The notes under the pieces are model-generated. The model saw only the letters and a list, made by a program, of their open reading frames with translations, searched no databases and had not been told where the DNA came from. A DNA stretch of 63,998 nt, counting the filler, from Reclinomonas americana ATCC 50394 (Eukaryota): NCBI GenBank assembly GCA_048213135.1. It is 9 parts of 4 records of this genome, joined end to end, with 100 filler letters (N's around TTAATTAATTAA, not from the genome) between each part and the next. Parts side by side here need not be neighbours in the genome. Positions count along the whole stretch, not along the records: positions 42,039 to 49,079 come from PS015424.1; positions 49,180 to 59,473 come from PS015424.1; 7 more parts are not named here. One strand, given 5' to 3'. A program made the position numbers and the translations under genes. Numbering within the stretch: the first letter of the stretch is position 1; every line of letters starts with the position of its first letter. Of the stretch, positions 43,801 to 57,500 are shown piece by piece.

Positions 43801-46800
43801 AAGAGAGAACACAAAAGGTAGGACGAGAGACAAGACAACAGAGAAGACGAGACTCAATATCGAGAGTGAAGGCACAGCTCAAGAGAGTTGACAACAAGAG
43901 ATGACAGATATACAACACGAGAGGAGAAACAAAAAGAGATGCGAGACCAAACAGCAGCACGAAAGAAAACACTTGACTCAAGAAGGACAACAAGAGAGAA
44001 AAGAACTCAACAGCCACAGGAGATGAAACACTCAATAACAAGAAGACGACAGCAGAAATGAGAAGAGACTTGACAACAAGACATAAAAAGAAAGAAGAGA
44101 CTTGACAGCAGCACGAGAAGAAACACTCGACACCGAGAGAGGCAACAGAAAAGTAGAGGCACAACCTCACGAGATGAGAGAACGATACACCAAAGGAGAG
44201 ATGTGACAAGAAACAACAGACTCGACAGCAGCAGGATAAGAATCTCTACATCAAGAGAGACAACAACAAGGAAAAGGACACAACTTCAACAGAAAACGAA
44301 ACTACAGAACGATAACAGACAAGAGTTGATCGAGGAAGGAACGCTCACAACTCTCTTGCTTTGCTTTCCTCATCTCTCTCCCATTCCTCACCTGCGGTCG
44401 AATGCCCGTCAAGAAACGATCACGAATGAAACCACTGGCGCGCGCCTGCGGATCAAACGGCTCAAAGCTCGGCAGAGTCTTGCCGCTCGGCATCGGGGGC
44501 ACACGCTTGCCCTCGTACTCCTGCTGGCCGAGAAGGGCCATAATCTGCGACATGTTGACCATACTGCCCTTGGCGCCGGACTGCGTCATCAAGCTGAAGT
44601 TGTTGCGGGGGAATTCCTTCAGTTGGCCGGCAGGGATGCACGACCGAATCACGTCCGAGGCCATCTTGTTCAGCGTCTTCTTCACCTCGCCGTCCAGTTT
44701 GCGCGCATTGGTGGGATCCTTCAGGAACACTTGCATCTTGTTCTTCATCTCCAGCTTGCTGTACTGCTCGTGGAACAGCTCGTGGGAGGCGGCGTTGTGT
44801 TTGGGTCGCACCTCGGCGAGTCGCGCGTAAATGTCGTAGCACGACACGTTGGCCTCGGCGAGCACGCGGTTGCGGTATTCCTCTGCCTTGCTCTGCGAAG
44901 GGAAGGGAGAGGGAAAGGGGGGGTGAGGGAAAGGGGGAGGGAGGAAAGGGGGGAGAGGGAAAGGGAGGGAGGAGAGGGAAAGTGAAGGAGGAGAGGGAGA
45001 GAGATAGGATTGGTAACACAGAGAGAGACAGACAGACGAGAGAGAGGTTTTGTGCGAATGCAGTAAGAGATGTGGTGGGAAGCGAGCAACGCAAGCAGCG
45101 GTGTGTGTGTCGAGACATATTGAAGGAATATGCACAAAGAAAACACAATTTCGCAACGCATGAAAGCAAAGCGTTGTAAACGAGTACACGCTCACAACAC
45201 TATCACATGCTGATTAAACAATTACACGAGTGCTATGACGAGTAACAGACTGACGATCTCTCTCACATACAAAGACACGAGGGTCGCCTACTTGGGAACA
45301 GAGCTGCACGCGTACAACACTATCACACGCTGATCAAACAAATGCACGAGTGCTATGACATGTAACAGACTGACGATCTCACACGATGATCAAACACATG
45401 CACGAGTGCTATGGCATGTAACAGACGGACAATCTCTCACACAAAGACAAAGACACAACGGTCACCACATGAGAATAGAGCTGCACGCCAACAACACTAT
45501 CACACGGTGATCAAACAAAAGACACGAGGGTCGCCTACTTTGGGAACAGAGCTGCACGCACCACCAGCATGAGATCGTCGAGGCCGCACGTCAGACCGTA
45601 CATCTGAATGTACAGCGTGAATAGACGACCAAAAATCGTCAACAGCGAGCCGGCCTTGGACGCGCCATAGGCCTCGTACACCGACTGCAGTTCAGAGAAC
45701 GCGGTCAGCCACTTACATGCACTCGTCGTCACAGTCGCCACTCTACGCGTACGCAACGTGCACGAGACCGAACTCCGAAGCGCCAAACTGGTTCTTGTCC
45801 AGCACACCAGTCAGCAGCTGGTTGTCGCGGAAAATGACAGTGCCCTCTTCAATGGCACCGGTCCACATGCTGGCCGGCACCTTGGTGCTCGAATCGAGGT
45901 TCAGACCTGGCGAGCCGGCGGTGAGCATGTTCATGATGCTGGTGATCTGTACGACGATGATGATAACGACAACGTGTCAAACACGGTGATGACCGACGAT
46001 TGGATCACGACGAATGCACGCACCACTTGCTTGCCACTCCACATGGGCACCGGCTTGAAAATGCACGGCGGCACGGTGTAGATGCGCTTCGTGCCGATAT
46101 ACTGGTACATACAGCCGTATAGAAGCGTCTGGTACTCGTCGCGGGTGAGGAACGTGTCCTTCTTTGTCAACAGCACGCCGCCGCACACGTGATCCTGCGC
46201 GCGCACACACAAGTGGTCAACATTGGTTGAAGGTGGAGGATTATGAACATTTCAGTGAGCACACCTGAATGAGACCGCGGATGGGCTTGCCGGACGTCGG
46301 CACCACGTACTGGTTGTCCGTGTTGGAGATGAGCATGGCCTCGGCAGTCGCGAGGTAGTTCTGCACAGCAAGCAAGCAGTCAGCAATGAAGAGATAGACA
46401 GTAAATTGGGGCGCGGAAGCACACACCTGCGCCAAGTGAAGATTGATTTCATCACCGTCGAAATCGGCATTGTACGTGTTGCAGTTGGCGTAGTGCATGC
46501 GAATGGTCTTTTGGTTGGAGATCACACGCGCGCGATGCGTCATCATACTCGGCTTGTGCAACGTCGGTTGGCGATTCACCAACAGCATGTCGCCATCTCG
46601 CAGGTGACGCAGGACTTTCTTTGGTCCGCGATCTGCTCGCGTGAGAGGAATGAGCGACAAGATAAGAACGCGATGGTAAGAAACAGGTGGGACACGAACC
46701 GCCAGTGCCAGTGGTGGTCATCAGCGTCTTGCTCGTGGCGATGCGTTGTTGCTCGGTCAGGTGTGACTGTGTGGCAAAAAAGATGAGTCGACGTCAGGGA

Positions 46801-48413
46801 AAGTTAACAGGGAAGGAGAAGGGGGAAGGAGAAGGGGGAAGGAGAAGGGGGAAGGAGAAGGGGAAGGAGACGAGAGAAAGGGAAAGGGAAGGAGAAAGAG
46901 GGGAAGGAGAAAGAGGGAAGGAGAAGGGGAGGGTGAGGGGGAAGGAGAAAGAGAGAAGGAGAAGGATGAAGGTGAAGGGGAAGGAGGGGAACGTGAAGGG
47001 GAGGGGAAAGAGAAAGAGGATAGAGACAGGGGAAGGAGAAAGGGGAAGGGGGAAGGGGGAAGGAGACGAAGGAAAAAAGGGGAAGGGGAAGGGTGAAGGG
47101 GAAGGGGGAAGAGAGGGGAAGGAGAAGGGGGAAGGGGGAGGAGAAGGGGGGTATGAAGGGAAGTTGAAGGGGGTATGAAGGGAAGTTGAAGGAACAGGAG
47201 CTAGAACACGGGCACAGGGGCAGAAACACTGGCAGGAACAGGAACAGGAGGGAGAAACAGGTGGACGGTGAAAGGCACTCTCTCCATCTCTCCATTATCT
47301 CCCCTGTCCCTCCCTTCTACTCTCTCCCTCGCCACCCGTCGCTCTCGTCCTTCTCCTCTCTCCTCCTTCTCCTCTCTGTCCCTCTTCTTCCTGCAGCCAC
47401 TCACCAAATCAATCATCCGACCATCCTCCTCCACCACAAACAGCGCACCCGGATGCTTGCGCGGTCCGTTGATGACGCACTGGCGCAGGCGCTCGACGTT
47501 GAAGGCGTTGACGGACTCGGGGAACGAGAGACGCGTGGCAAAGTACAGCGGCACACCAATCTCGCTCGTCTCCAAGTACAAGTCGGGGGAGATGACGGAA
47601 CGCGCGGCGTAGTTCACACGCTTGCCCATCATGTGCTTGCGGAAGAGACCCTCCTTCTTCTCCAGGATCTGCTTGATGCCGGGAGGATCGCCGGCAGCGC
47701 CACCCGTCGAGTCCATCAGCGCATTCACCGCACGCTGCATCTCCAGGCAAATGTTGATGATCAGACCCGCTTTCTCTTTCTGCATTCGAGCAAGGATAGC
47801 GCGGTCGAACGTGTGAGAGTTGTGGAAGAATAAACAGAGGCAGCCATGACCAGACAAACCTCGCCGACTTCACCCGGCTTCTGATCGAGCATGGCAAAGA
47901 GGGCTTGATTGGAGCGCAACACGCGCATCAACGTCTTGTTCTGCACATGCTCGTACACCATGTCGTTCATCACGGCCGGTGGGCGAAATCGATTCGGCGG
48001 CACCGCCACCACGTCCATGAAGAACATGTCGGCGCTGACGGGCACGCGGACACCGTCAGTGAGCGTGCCAAAGAGTCGAGTCAGCAACTCGCTCTCCCGC
48101 TGCCACATCTTGCACAAGTGGGCGCGCACTTCCGGCACACTCATGTACACGATTCCTGAGACGAGGCGCGCGAAGTGAGGAAGGAGAGGGAGAGGGAGAG
48201 GGAGAAGGGGATGAGGGAGAAGGAAAGAAAGAAAGAAAGAGAAGGAAAGCAAGGAAGAAAGATGAAAGTAAAAAGAAGAAAGAAAGAAGACAGAGTGTGA
48301 GAGACAAGGAGAGCAAGAAAGACAGAGAGAGAAAGAGAGAAAGAGAGAGAGAAGAGAAAGACAGACAAAAAACAGAAAGATGGAAATAAGAAGCAAAGCG
48401 AAGGAGGAACAAC

Positions 48414-48453
<40 letters not shown>

Positions 48454-49050
48454 CACAAAGTAAAGGAAACGCAACTGGCTGCCAGGCGCTCGCCGACTTC
48501 GCCATCAGTGCGCTTCGTCTTGTCGCCGCGTCGTCGCTTGGTGCTGGCCTTGTCAGCTGATCCTGCGGCAACGTCCTCGTCCATCGCTTCGCCCACATCC
48601 GCGTCACCCTCTGATGTAGGACAAGATTGACGAGAGGAAGACGAGGAAGGAAAAGGACTAAGAAACCACTCACCATTGACACTGGCTCCCTCGATTTGAG
48701 TCGCCAGCAGATGATCGGCATCCTGCAACGCCCGGGTCAGCAATTCGCTACATCGAGAGAACGCTGTCCAACAAACGCAACATGCGAATGCAGCTGCCCC
48801 TGTTGTCGCGAAAGGTACGTGTCGAGCCACTTCTGGCCATCCATGCCCAACACAGAGGCGACGTTGTCGACATCTGGTTTGGGGGAAGGGATTGAAGGGA
48901 GAAGTGTGAGAAGAATTCTCTGCCAATCAAATATATCACACTCCTCACTGCCCCCCCTCCCTCCCCTCAAAAAACACGCACCCTTGAAGTTAATCACCCG
49001 ACGGAAGAGCTTGACGCGCTTCTCGTGCAAAACACCGATCGCGGGGCTTT
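40820..49050 (-). CDS. RPA1: DNA-directed RNA polymerase I largest subunit; N-terminus missing in a gap, gene spans the linker at 41983
   Basis: [125 protein letters not shown]...*. Confidence 0.97.
43540..44330. repeat. Degenerate purine-rich (on +) repeat in an RPA1 intron
   Basis: Repeated gactcgacagcagca / gacttgacaacaaga / gagaagacga blocks. Confidence 0.65.
45195..45560. repeat. Tandem duplications at the 5' end of an RPA1 intron
   Basis: acacgagggtcgcctactt(t)gggaacagagctgcacgc near 45275 and 45522; acaacactatcaca x3; cacgagtgctatg x3. Confidence 0.8.
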
Positions 49051-49179
49051 TGGAGGCGAAGCAGAAGAGGCGTGAGTGANNNNNNNNNNNNNNNNNNNNN
49101 NNNNNNNNNNNNNNNNNNNNNNNTTAATTAATTAANNNNNNNNNNNNNNNNNNNNNNNNNNNNNNNNNNNNNNNNNNNN

Positions 49180-52100
49180 CCTGCACGGCCTCCTCCTCCT
49201 CTTCGTCCTCACTCTCCACTGAAGGTGACGGTTGCTCCCGCCGCCGTGGCAGCGGGTTCATCTGTCTCTTGGGCTGCAGACCAGCAGCGCTGTCGGAGTC
49301 CGGCGATGGTACGTCACTGGCAGCAGACCCATTGTCGTCGCCACCGTCGTCATCGTCGTCGCCGCCCGACGAGCCAATCTCGAACTTTTGGCGACAGCGA
49401 GTGAGTCTCGGGAAGCATTCGAGGAGAAAGAGAGGAAAACACAGCAGAGCTCACCGCCTCGTCGAATGCAGAATCAGTGCTGCGCAGCGTCGACGGCATG
49501 GGTCGCGAACCTGACGGCCGTGCCGCTGATGACGGTGCAACTGATGCCGAAAGGAGAGATGAGGGCACATGGAAAAAAACAACTCGTGTGTAGACGAGAC
49601 GCAACAGTCGGTGGAAATGTCGGTTAGTGGAGTCATGGGATCGCTGGCCATCTTCAGGTCGGCACCGCGCACCGGGCTGAACACGTCGAATTCATCGTCA
49701 TCATCGTCATCGTCATGCTTTAGAGTGACACTCTTTGCCGTAGTTGCCGGCTTGGGTGCAGGAGCCAGAGGCTTGCTGGTGGCCGTCGCGCTAGCCGGCG
49801 CACCGGTGGACTTGGCTGGCGCCGCAGCCGCAGCCGCAACAGGCTGCTTCACGTCAAACACATCGAACTCGTCGTCGTCTTCGTCATCATCATCACGCCC
49901 CTTGGCTTTTGCCGTGGCCGCATTCACCGCAGCAATCGTCTTGGCAGCGGGCGGCGAGCGGCGGAATTGCGCCGCAATCGACGGCGGCGAGGCGAGCTGC
50001 AGTGAATCCTGCTCGCCCTCCGACGCCGTGTCCGAATCGTCTGTGCGCCAGTGAGTACACGCATGCTGCGAGGAAAACAAGCGATGACGATGACGCACCG
50101 TGTGATGGCAAACCGAGGTCCTTGCCCTGCTTGATCACAAAGTCCGAGTCGGTGGACAACGCGGTCAACAGTGCGGGCGCCGGACGCCGGCCAGCAGGCG
50201 ACTTGGCGGCTGCAGCAGAGGGGAAAAAATGTAAGCTCGCGACTTGAACCACATCAAAGCAACGCAATCGAACCAGCAGGCGACACGATCTCCGGCTTCG
50301 ATTCCACCTTTTGCTCCACAGGCGCTGCTCGTGCTGCTGGTGCTGCTGCTGCTGCTGCGGGCGACAGGCCCGCATCGCTGCCACTCTCCCCCTCATCGTC
50401 ATCCTCGTCGCCGAGCAAGAAATTGCGGGCGTCAAAGGCGCGTGCGTTGGAAGGCGACCTGGCCGCGCCGGAGGCCGCCAGTTGTTGCGGCTGCGGAGGC
50501 GAGCGAAGCAGAGCGACAGGAGGCTGTGGTGGCAATGCAGGCTGCTCGACTTTTTCGGCCGGACGTGTGACTGTGGGAGATGCGACTTCGGGACTCGATG
50601 GTGGAGACCTGGAGAGCAAGCAGTGAGAGGGAGATCGACACAGCTATCATCTACTTCCGCGTTGCATACCTTTCCAAGTCGTTCAATCCAATGCCCTCAA
50701 TGGTCTCTTTGCGCGCTGCAGCGCCGATTGGCTTGAGCGGCTGCTTGGACACTAGCGGCTGCAATACTCCTCGACGTGCCGGCATCATGGGTCTCGCAGC
50801 AGCTGTTGCCGCGGCAGGTCCCGTGGCCGCCGGTGCCATGCCGTCGGTGAACTCCACTTCGCCATCAGAGTCCGAGTCGTCGCCCATGACGGCGCGCTTG
50901 GCAGCAGCCGCGGCGGTGCGAATCTGATAAGGAAGGAAGGGGGGGAAGGGGGAAAGGGGAGGGAGAAAGGGGGAAGAGGGAGCAAAGAGTCGAATGAGGA
51001 AAAGGGGAGAAAGCGGGAAAGCGGGGAAGAGAGGGAAGAATCGGGAGGAACGGGTCAAATGATTCAAGGGGGAAAAGAGGGAAAGGAGGGGGAAGGAGGA
51101 AAGATCGGATGAGGAAATGTGGGAAAAGAGGGAAAGGGGGGAAGGGAAGGAGGAGTCGAATGAGGAAAAGGGAGAAAAGAGGGAGAGGAGGTAGAGTTGA
51201 ATAAGGAGACGGGGAAGACGAGAAAGAGGGGAAGTGGACAGAAGAGAGGAAGAGAAACCGGTCGAAGAAAGAGAGAATGACATACGAGAAAGGTGTGGAA
51301 AATGAGGAATGACGACGAGGCAGTCAAAACTACCACATGCAACGTCAAGTGTCACGTAATACTAGCGAGAGCGAGAACGATCACCGCGAATATGAAAAGC
51401 TATCAATGTTACTGAAAAAGAGAACCGACCACAGCCAGTTCATGAGGGCGACGACACCAACGTGACGTGAAGATTGCTACTCTCTCTTCTACACTGTCTG
51501 TGAACTCTGATCACAAAAGGAAGGAGCTTATTGGGTCAGAGAAAGGGTCAAGGGTTGAGGGCCGACGTGGAAAGAGAGACAGTGAATTAGGTCCCCGTTG
51601 CTCTCCACACTCACCTGCGGCGGCGTGTCGGCAGCAGCGGAGCCTGGAGAGCGGCTGGCATCGAAATTGATGTCTTCGCTCACCTGCACGAGAAGGAATT
51701 TAGTGCCCTGTGCTCCTCTCTAACTCGTTCGACCTCACACACGGACGCAACTGCAGAATCATCGCCCGACGGTGACTGCGGAGGAGACGAGGACGATGAA
51801 GCAGACGAGTCTTCCTCATCTTCCTCTTCATCATCTTCGTGGTGCGAGGCGGGGGCAGGCGACCGAGGTGGCGTGTCACCGTGTGAATCGATACTGGAGC
51901 GCGTGGAGTCCATGCCCTGCAACAACAACAACAACAACAGAAAGAAATGGGTCGTCTTTCCACACAATTCGACGAAAGCAAACACTGGCGCACCGGTGAT
52001 GCCAGCGGCGGAAGCAGTCGTGATTTTGCTCCCAGAGCGCCTGCGTCGCTGGTGGGCGACGTGGGGCTTCGGCCGATTGGTGGTAGACGCTCTGATGGCA

Positions 52101-54498
52101 CACCACGACAACATGAGTATCAACGCAACCGACACAGCACGCATGCATGCTCACGCAACTGCCTCCACCGGCGGCCACAGCCGACATCAAATGCGGTGCT
52201 GGCGACTCTGTTGGCAGTGGAGGAGGCAGCATGGGAGGCGAAGGTGGTACTTGTGCCGCTGGTGCCGGCACACGCTCACCCAAAGGCGACGTGACAGCCA
52301 GCGATGGTGATGGTGACGGCACAGCGGGCGTCATTGGTGTTTCTGAATGAAGCATGGTGATTCAGACATGGTACCTCACTTGTGTCACAACCTCCTCTTA
52401 GTTATTCCCTCTTCCTTCCTCACCCACTTCCTCTACAGTGGTCAAGACTGCAGTAGCAACGCAACGAAGAGCAGATGAGTCCACACTGAGATCAAACAGG
52501 CCAGTCTCGGAGAAGCCGGCAGGCGTGTGCGGAGTCATTGGCGTCCGCATGGCACGCGCTGCACTGTTGCCGATCACTGTCGGACTCGGTGTGGTGATGG
52601 CCGTGTGGACCGTGGTGCGCAGCGTCGAAGCCTAGTCGAGTGACATGAGTACGCGAGAGTGGCACAGTGTGTTGAGACGAAACACAGACCTCGACACCAC
52701 CCGAAAAGTCCATCGAGTACTCTTCTTCTTCTTCGTCGTCACCGTTGCCGCCGCGCGGAGCGGCAGCAGCAGCAGCTGCTGCAGTGGCAGAAGGTTTCTT
52801 TGCGACTCCACTGTCTGTGACACTGGTGCCGAGCGCGCTCGAGTCGTGCAACGACTCGTCGCGAGTGACGTCGCGATCCAGATCCTACACGGGTGGTGTG
52901 GCAGGCAGTGAGTCGCGCGAAAGAGTGTGCATTAAAACTGTCTGCGGGAAAGACACACACACACACACCATGGTCGAGTCCATGAGCGAGCTTCCATGGA
53001 ACAGCTGTTTCACTGGACCTGTGTGGTGAGCGAAAGTGAGACCAAGAGAGAAAGACGACACTGGATTGCCCAGACTATCATCAAGCTCACCAGCGCTGGC
53101 TGGCACCAGTGGCGTCGCGGGGGCTCCCATCGCTCCGCCGAGCAAGTTCTGCAACGAGGCATCTGGCGCCAGCGACTCGTCACGTGTGCCCTCCAAGTCC
53201 TCGGGCTGCGGTGTCAAGAATCAACAACAGTGCACAGGGGAGCTCCGACGGCTGCTGCTCACGCACCACTTCTGACTCGTCGGCGACATCCGACTCCTCC
53301 TCTGCTGCAGCAGCAAAAGACAAAAAAGAGGCTCCGTCAAGTTGCTTGCCTGCGTTGTCGACAACAATAGCATCAACAAAACCTGCCGGCTCCACGTTGA
53401 AACTGTCACCATGGCCCTGCAACTCCGACGCCGGATCCGGAAGCAGTGATTTGGGAAAGTCGCCCACTGGCTGCTGGACGCCACGAGACACGCCGGTTGA
53501 CGAGCCAGACGCCTGCTGCGCCGGACCATTGCTGATTACACTGTTGTCGAGGCGGCGGAGGAGGGCGACAGTGTCCGGAGAGTCGGCGGCGTACAGGCGA
53601 CCTGCGGCGGATCCGCGCAGTGGCGTCATGTCGAGATCCGAGGCGCCCAGTTGGAATCCCTTGGAGCCGCCGCCGGCTGCTGCTCCATTGGCGCCACCCA
53701 CCCCGAGCTTCTCCAGTTCCGTGCAGCGGCGACGAAGGGCTTCGACTTCTGCGTCGTGGCGGCGCTGCATGTCCTCCATGCGCTGTCAAAGGAAATGATG
53801 GGACACTTGTGAGACGAGTGGAAGAATGGTGCGCGGGGTTTTTTTGTCCGTACCAACTGCATGGTGGCCATCATGCGCTTCTCCAGTGCCTCCAGCTGAG
53901 CAGCAGAGGTCGTTGCCTTCTGCGCCGCCTCCATTGCAACTACTCGACCCTGCAAGTCGGAGATCGACGACCGCAAATGCTGCATCTCTTCTGCATCACG
54001 AGCCGAAGCTGAAGGTGCGGCTGGCGGCCGTGAGAATCGTCCCTCCATGTGCGAGACTTTCAATGCCAACTCGCGATATTGCTGTGCGCAGTAGTGCGAA
54101 ACGGAAACGTGAGGAACGCAACGATAATGATCAGAGCTTCAACTTTTGGGTGTGACGCACATCTTCGTCGACTTTGGCCAGCATGTGCGACTGCAGCACC
54201 TCCAACTGCTCGCTCATGTCGTCGAGATCGCGTCGCAGCTGCGCTGGATCTGCACTACCTCCACTGCATCGAGAAAAGAGAGCGTCGCGTCAAACAATTG
54301 TGGGATCTTGAATCATTCAAGAGGCGGACGACGCAACGGAGTCTCTTTCGCGCCACCGACCACGGGAGCTGCTGCTGCTGCTGTAGCCGCCACAGTGGGA
54401 GAGCCGGCCTTGGCCAATGATCGTTCAATGTCGGCCACTTGCGATTCGAGACGATGAACCGCTGCGGTTCACACAATGGAAAGCGCATGAGATCCGAC

Positions 54499-54536
<38 letters not shown>

Positions 54537-57500
54537 GAGAGGAGAAGGAGAGAGAGAGAGAGACGAGAGAGAGAGGAAGGAGGAGGCGAGAGAGAAGAGA
54601 CAGAGANNNNNNNNNNNNNNNNNNNNNNNNNNNNNNNNNNNNNNNNNNNNNNNNNNNNNNNNNNNNNNNNNNNNNNNNNNNNNNNNNNNNNNNNNNNNNN
54701 NNNNNNNNNNNNNNNNNNNNNNNNNNNAGAGAGAGAGAGAGAAACCACAACGCACCTTGCTGCAACGGGTCAGTGGCTTCCACCACCGCCATGTCAACCA
54801 TGTCTGGCACACTACCCTGCAGCGACTCGATCTGTCGCTCCAGATCCATGCGAGCTGTGTCAATGTCAGCACGATATCGCTCCGTAATCTGCATGCCGAA
54901 GGGGAATTGAGCACAAGATCCAGTAGGTTCATGCGCGCACGAAACCGCTCACCGCCCCATGCGTCTCGTCCATGCGTTCGCGAATCTCCTCACGCAGCGC
55001 ACGCTCAGCGTCGCCGGATAACGTCGACGACGGCGGAGCCTTGCTGCTGCTGCTGCTGCTGCTGGCCTCTTGTGCAGCCGCTAATCTCTTCTCGAGCTGC
55101 GCCACGACATCCTCGCAGTGTTTGGCGACGCCCTCGCAGCCACGCTCGCAAAACTGCACGCAGTGAGCGACGGCGCATCAACAACAACAAGGTCGGTGGG
55201 GCAACCAGACCTCTTTCAGTTTGCTGTCCACCTCCTTCACCTCCCGTAAACAATCGGTGTGCTGCGCGGTCAGTGCCAGCTGCGTTTGCTTTGTCTGCTC
55301 CGCGAGCGCCTTGTCCAGCAGAGACCGGACGTGCGCGTCGTTCTCCGACCTGAGTGCATCGAGAGCTGAGCGCACACCAGCAATCTGCTGCTCCAGTGTA
55401 GCCACGCTGCGGTTCGCACGATCCACGTCGGCCTGCAGTTTTGGCGAGACCTGAATGATACATGAGTATGTCTTTCTCGTTGTCGCCAGCAAGCCGCAAC
55501 AAAAACGCACCTCGGTGGAGGCGGAAGCTGTCTTGGGTGCCGATGCTGCTGCTGCTGCTGCTGCCACGGAGGATTCACGGAGGGCGGCCAGCTGCGCCTC
55601 CAGCTCCTGTTTCTGCGCACTGAGCTGGCGCATCATGTCCCCTCGCAACGCCTGCAGCGACGAGTCGACATCGACGGCGGGTGCTGATGGCGCAGCTGAT
55701 GCTGCGGATGCACTCTGCCTCCGCTGTGCCTCCAGCGCCTTGGTCCACTCTGTGCGCTCCTTGGAGAGGCGCTCATCCACCTCGGTGGACAGCTTTGTCA
55801 ACTCCAGTGCCGTCTCCTTCTTGATGTCGCCACGCGCCGCTACCAGTTTTCGATCCACCGACTGATTCATCTCCTCCTCGCAGATTTGCACGCGACGTTG
55901 CATGCTCGTCTCCAGCTCCACGCGGTACGTTCGCAGTGAATCGACACACTCTAGACGCACGGCATCAATGCGCTTGTCGGCATCAGCGGTGGCCTTGGTT
56001 GCGGCCTCCTGGGCACGCAGGGTGGTCTCACGCAGGCCGGTGGAGCGCTGGTGTGCTTCGTCGTCGAAGCGGCGCTGCACGCCGCGGACGTGCTCGTCGA
56101 CCTCTGTGGAGGGAGGGGGGAAGTGAGGAGAAGGGGGGGAAGGGGAAGGGGGGAAATGAGGGGAAAGGGAAGAGAAGGGGGAAGGGGAAAGGGGAAAGGA
56201 AGAAAAGGGAAAGGGATTGGGGAGAAGGAGGAGAAGGGGAGAAGGGGAGAAGGGGAGAGAAGGGAGAAGAGGGAGAAAGGGGAGAAAGGGGAGAAAGGGG
56301 AGAAAGGGGAGAAANNNNNNNNNNNNNNNNNNNNNNNNNNNNNNNNNNNNNNNNNNNNNNNNNNNNNNNNNNNNNNNNNNNNNNNNNNNNNNNNNNNNNN
56401 NNNNNNNNNNNNNNNNNNNNNNNNNNNNNNNNNNNNNNNNNNNNNNNNNNNNNNNNNNNNNNNNNNNNNNNNNNNNNNNNNNNNNNNNNNNNNNNNNNNN
56501 NNNNNNNNNNNNNNNNNNNNNNNNNNNNNNNNNNNNNNNNNNNNNNNNNNNNNNNNNNNNNNNNNNNNNNNNNNNNNNNNNNNNNNNNNNNNNNNNNNNN
56601 NNNNNNNNNNNNNNNNNNNNNNNNNNNNNNNNNNNNNNNNNNGAAGAAAAGGGAAAGGGAGGGAAAGGGAGAGAAGGTGAGGTAAAAAAAGGAGAAGGTA
56701 AGAAGGAAGGCGGAATTGGGGAAGGGAGGAAGAAGAGGGAAAGGGGAGAGGGAATGGGGGGAGGGAGAGGAGAGAGAGAATGCAAACGGGAAGGAGAAGG
56801 AAGAAAGTCAAGAGGAAGAGCTAAATAGAGGAGAAGATGGAAAGGAATGAGAAATTGTGTAAAAGAGCGAACAGATAGGGGAAGAGGGAGAAGAGGAACA
56901 CATGGTCAACTGAAATGGAAGCGAGGCAAGCTGGAAAGGAAGAAGAAAGAGAAAACGAGAGAATGGGACGAACGCAAATGGGAAGGAGGGAAACACATGT
57001 GGAAGAGACGAAACAGAAGAGGAGAACAACAGGAAAAGGCAAGGGGAGGGACTGCATAGAATCCTAAAGACATGTGGAACTATTGCAGCGATCGTCACTG
57101 CCTTTCAGGATTCAAACAGAACGGGGAAGAAGAAGCCGATCTCGCTCGCCAGACGAGGAACGCAACTGTGTGAAAGGTCGTCCACTGACTTTTCCAAGGT
57201 GCTGACGACAGCGATCTCGGCTGTTCTCTTGGCGGCGTCCTGAGGAATTGGAAGTGAGTAAGTGAGTAGATATGCAGGAGGTGCATACAGTAAAGGCACA
57301 CCTCGTCAAGGCGGGTAGCCAGCCGCTTGTCACCCTGACGTATCTCCTCGCGAACATCGTCGACCATGGCGCGAACACGACGGCGCTCTTCTTCGGTGCG
57401 CTCCTCTTGGTCGCGAGCGATGCGCTTGCTCAGTTCGTCGATTCTGCGCGGCGAGCAGGGTGCATGTGAGAATCGCAATAGCAGGCAATAAGACGAATCC

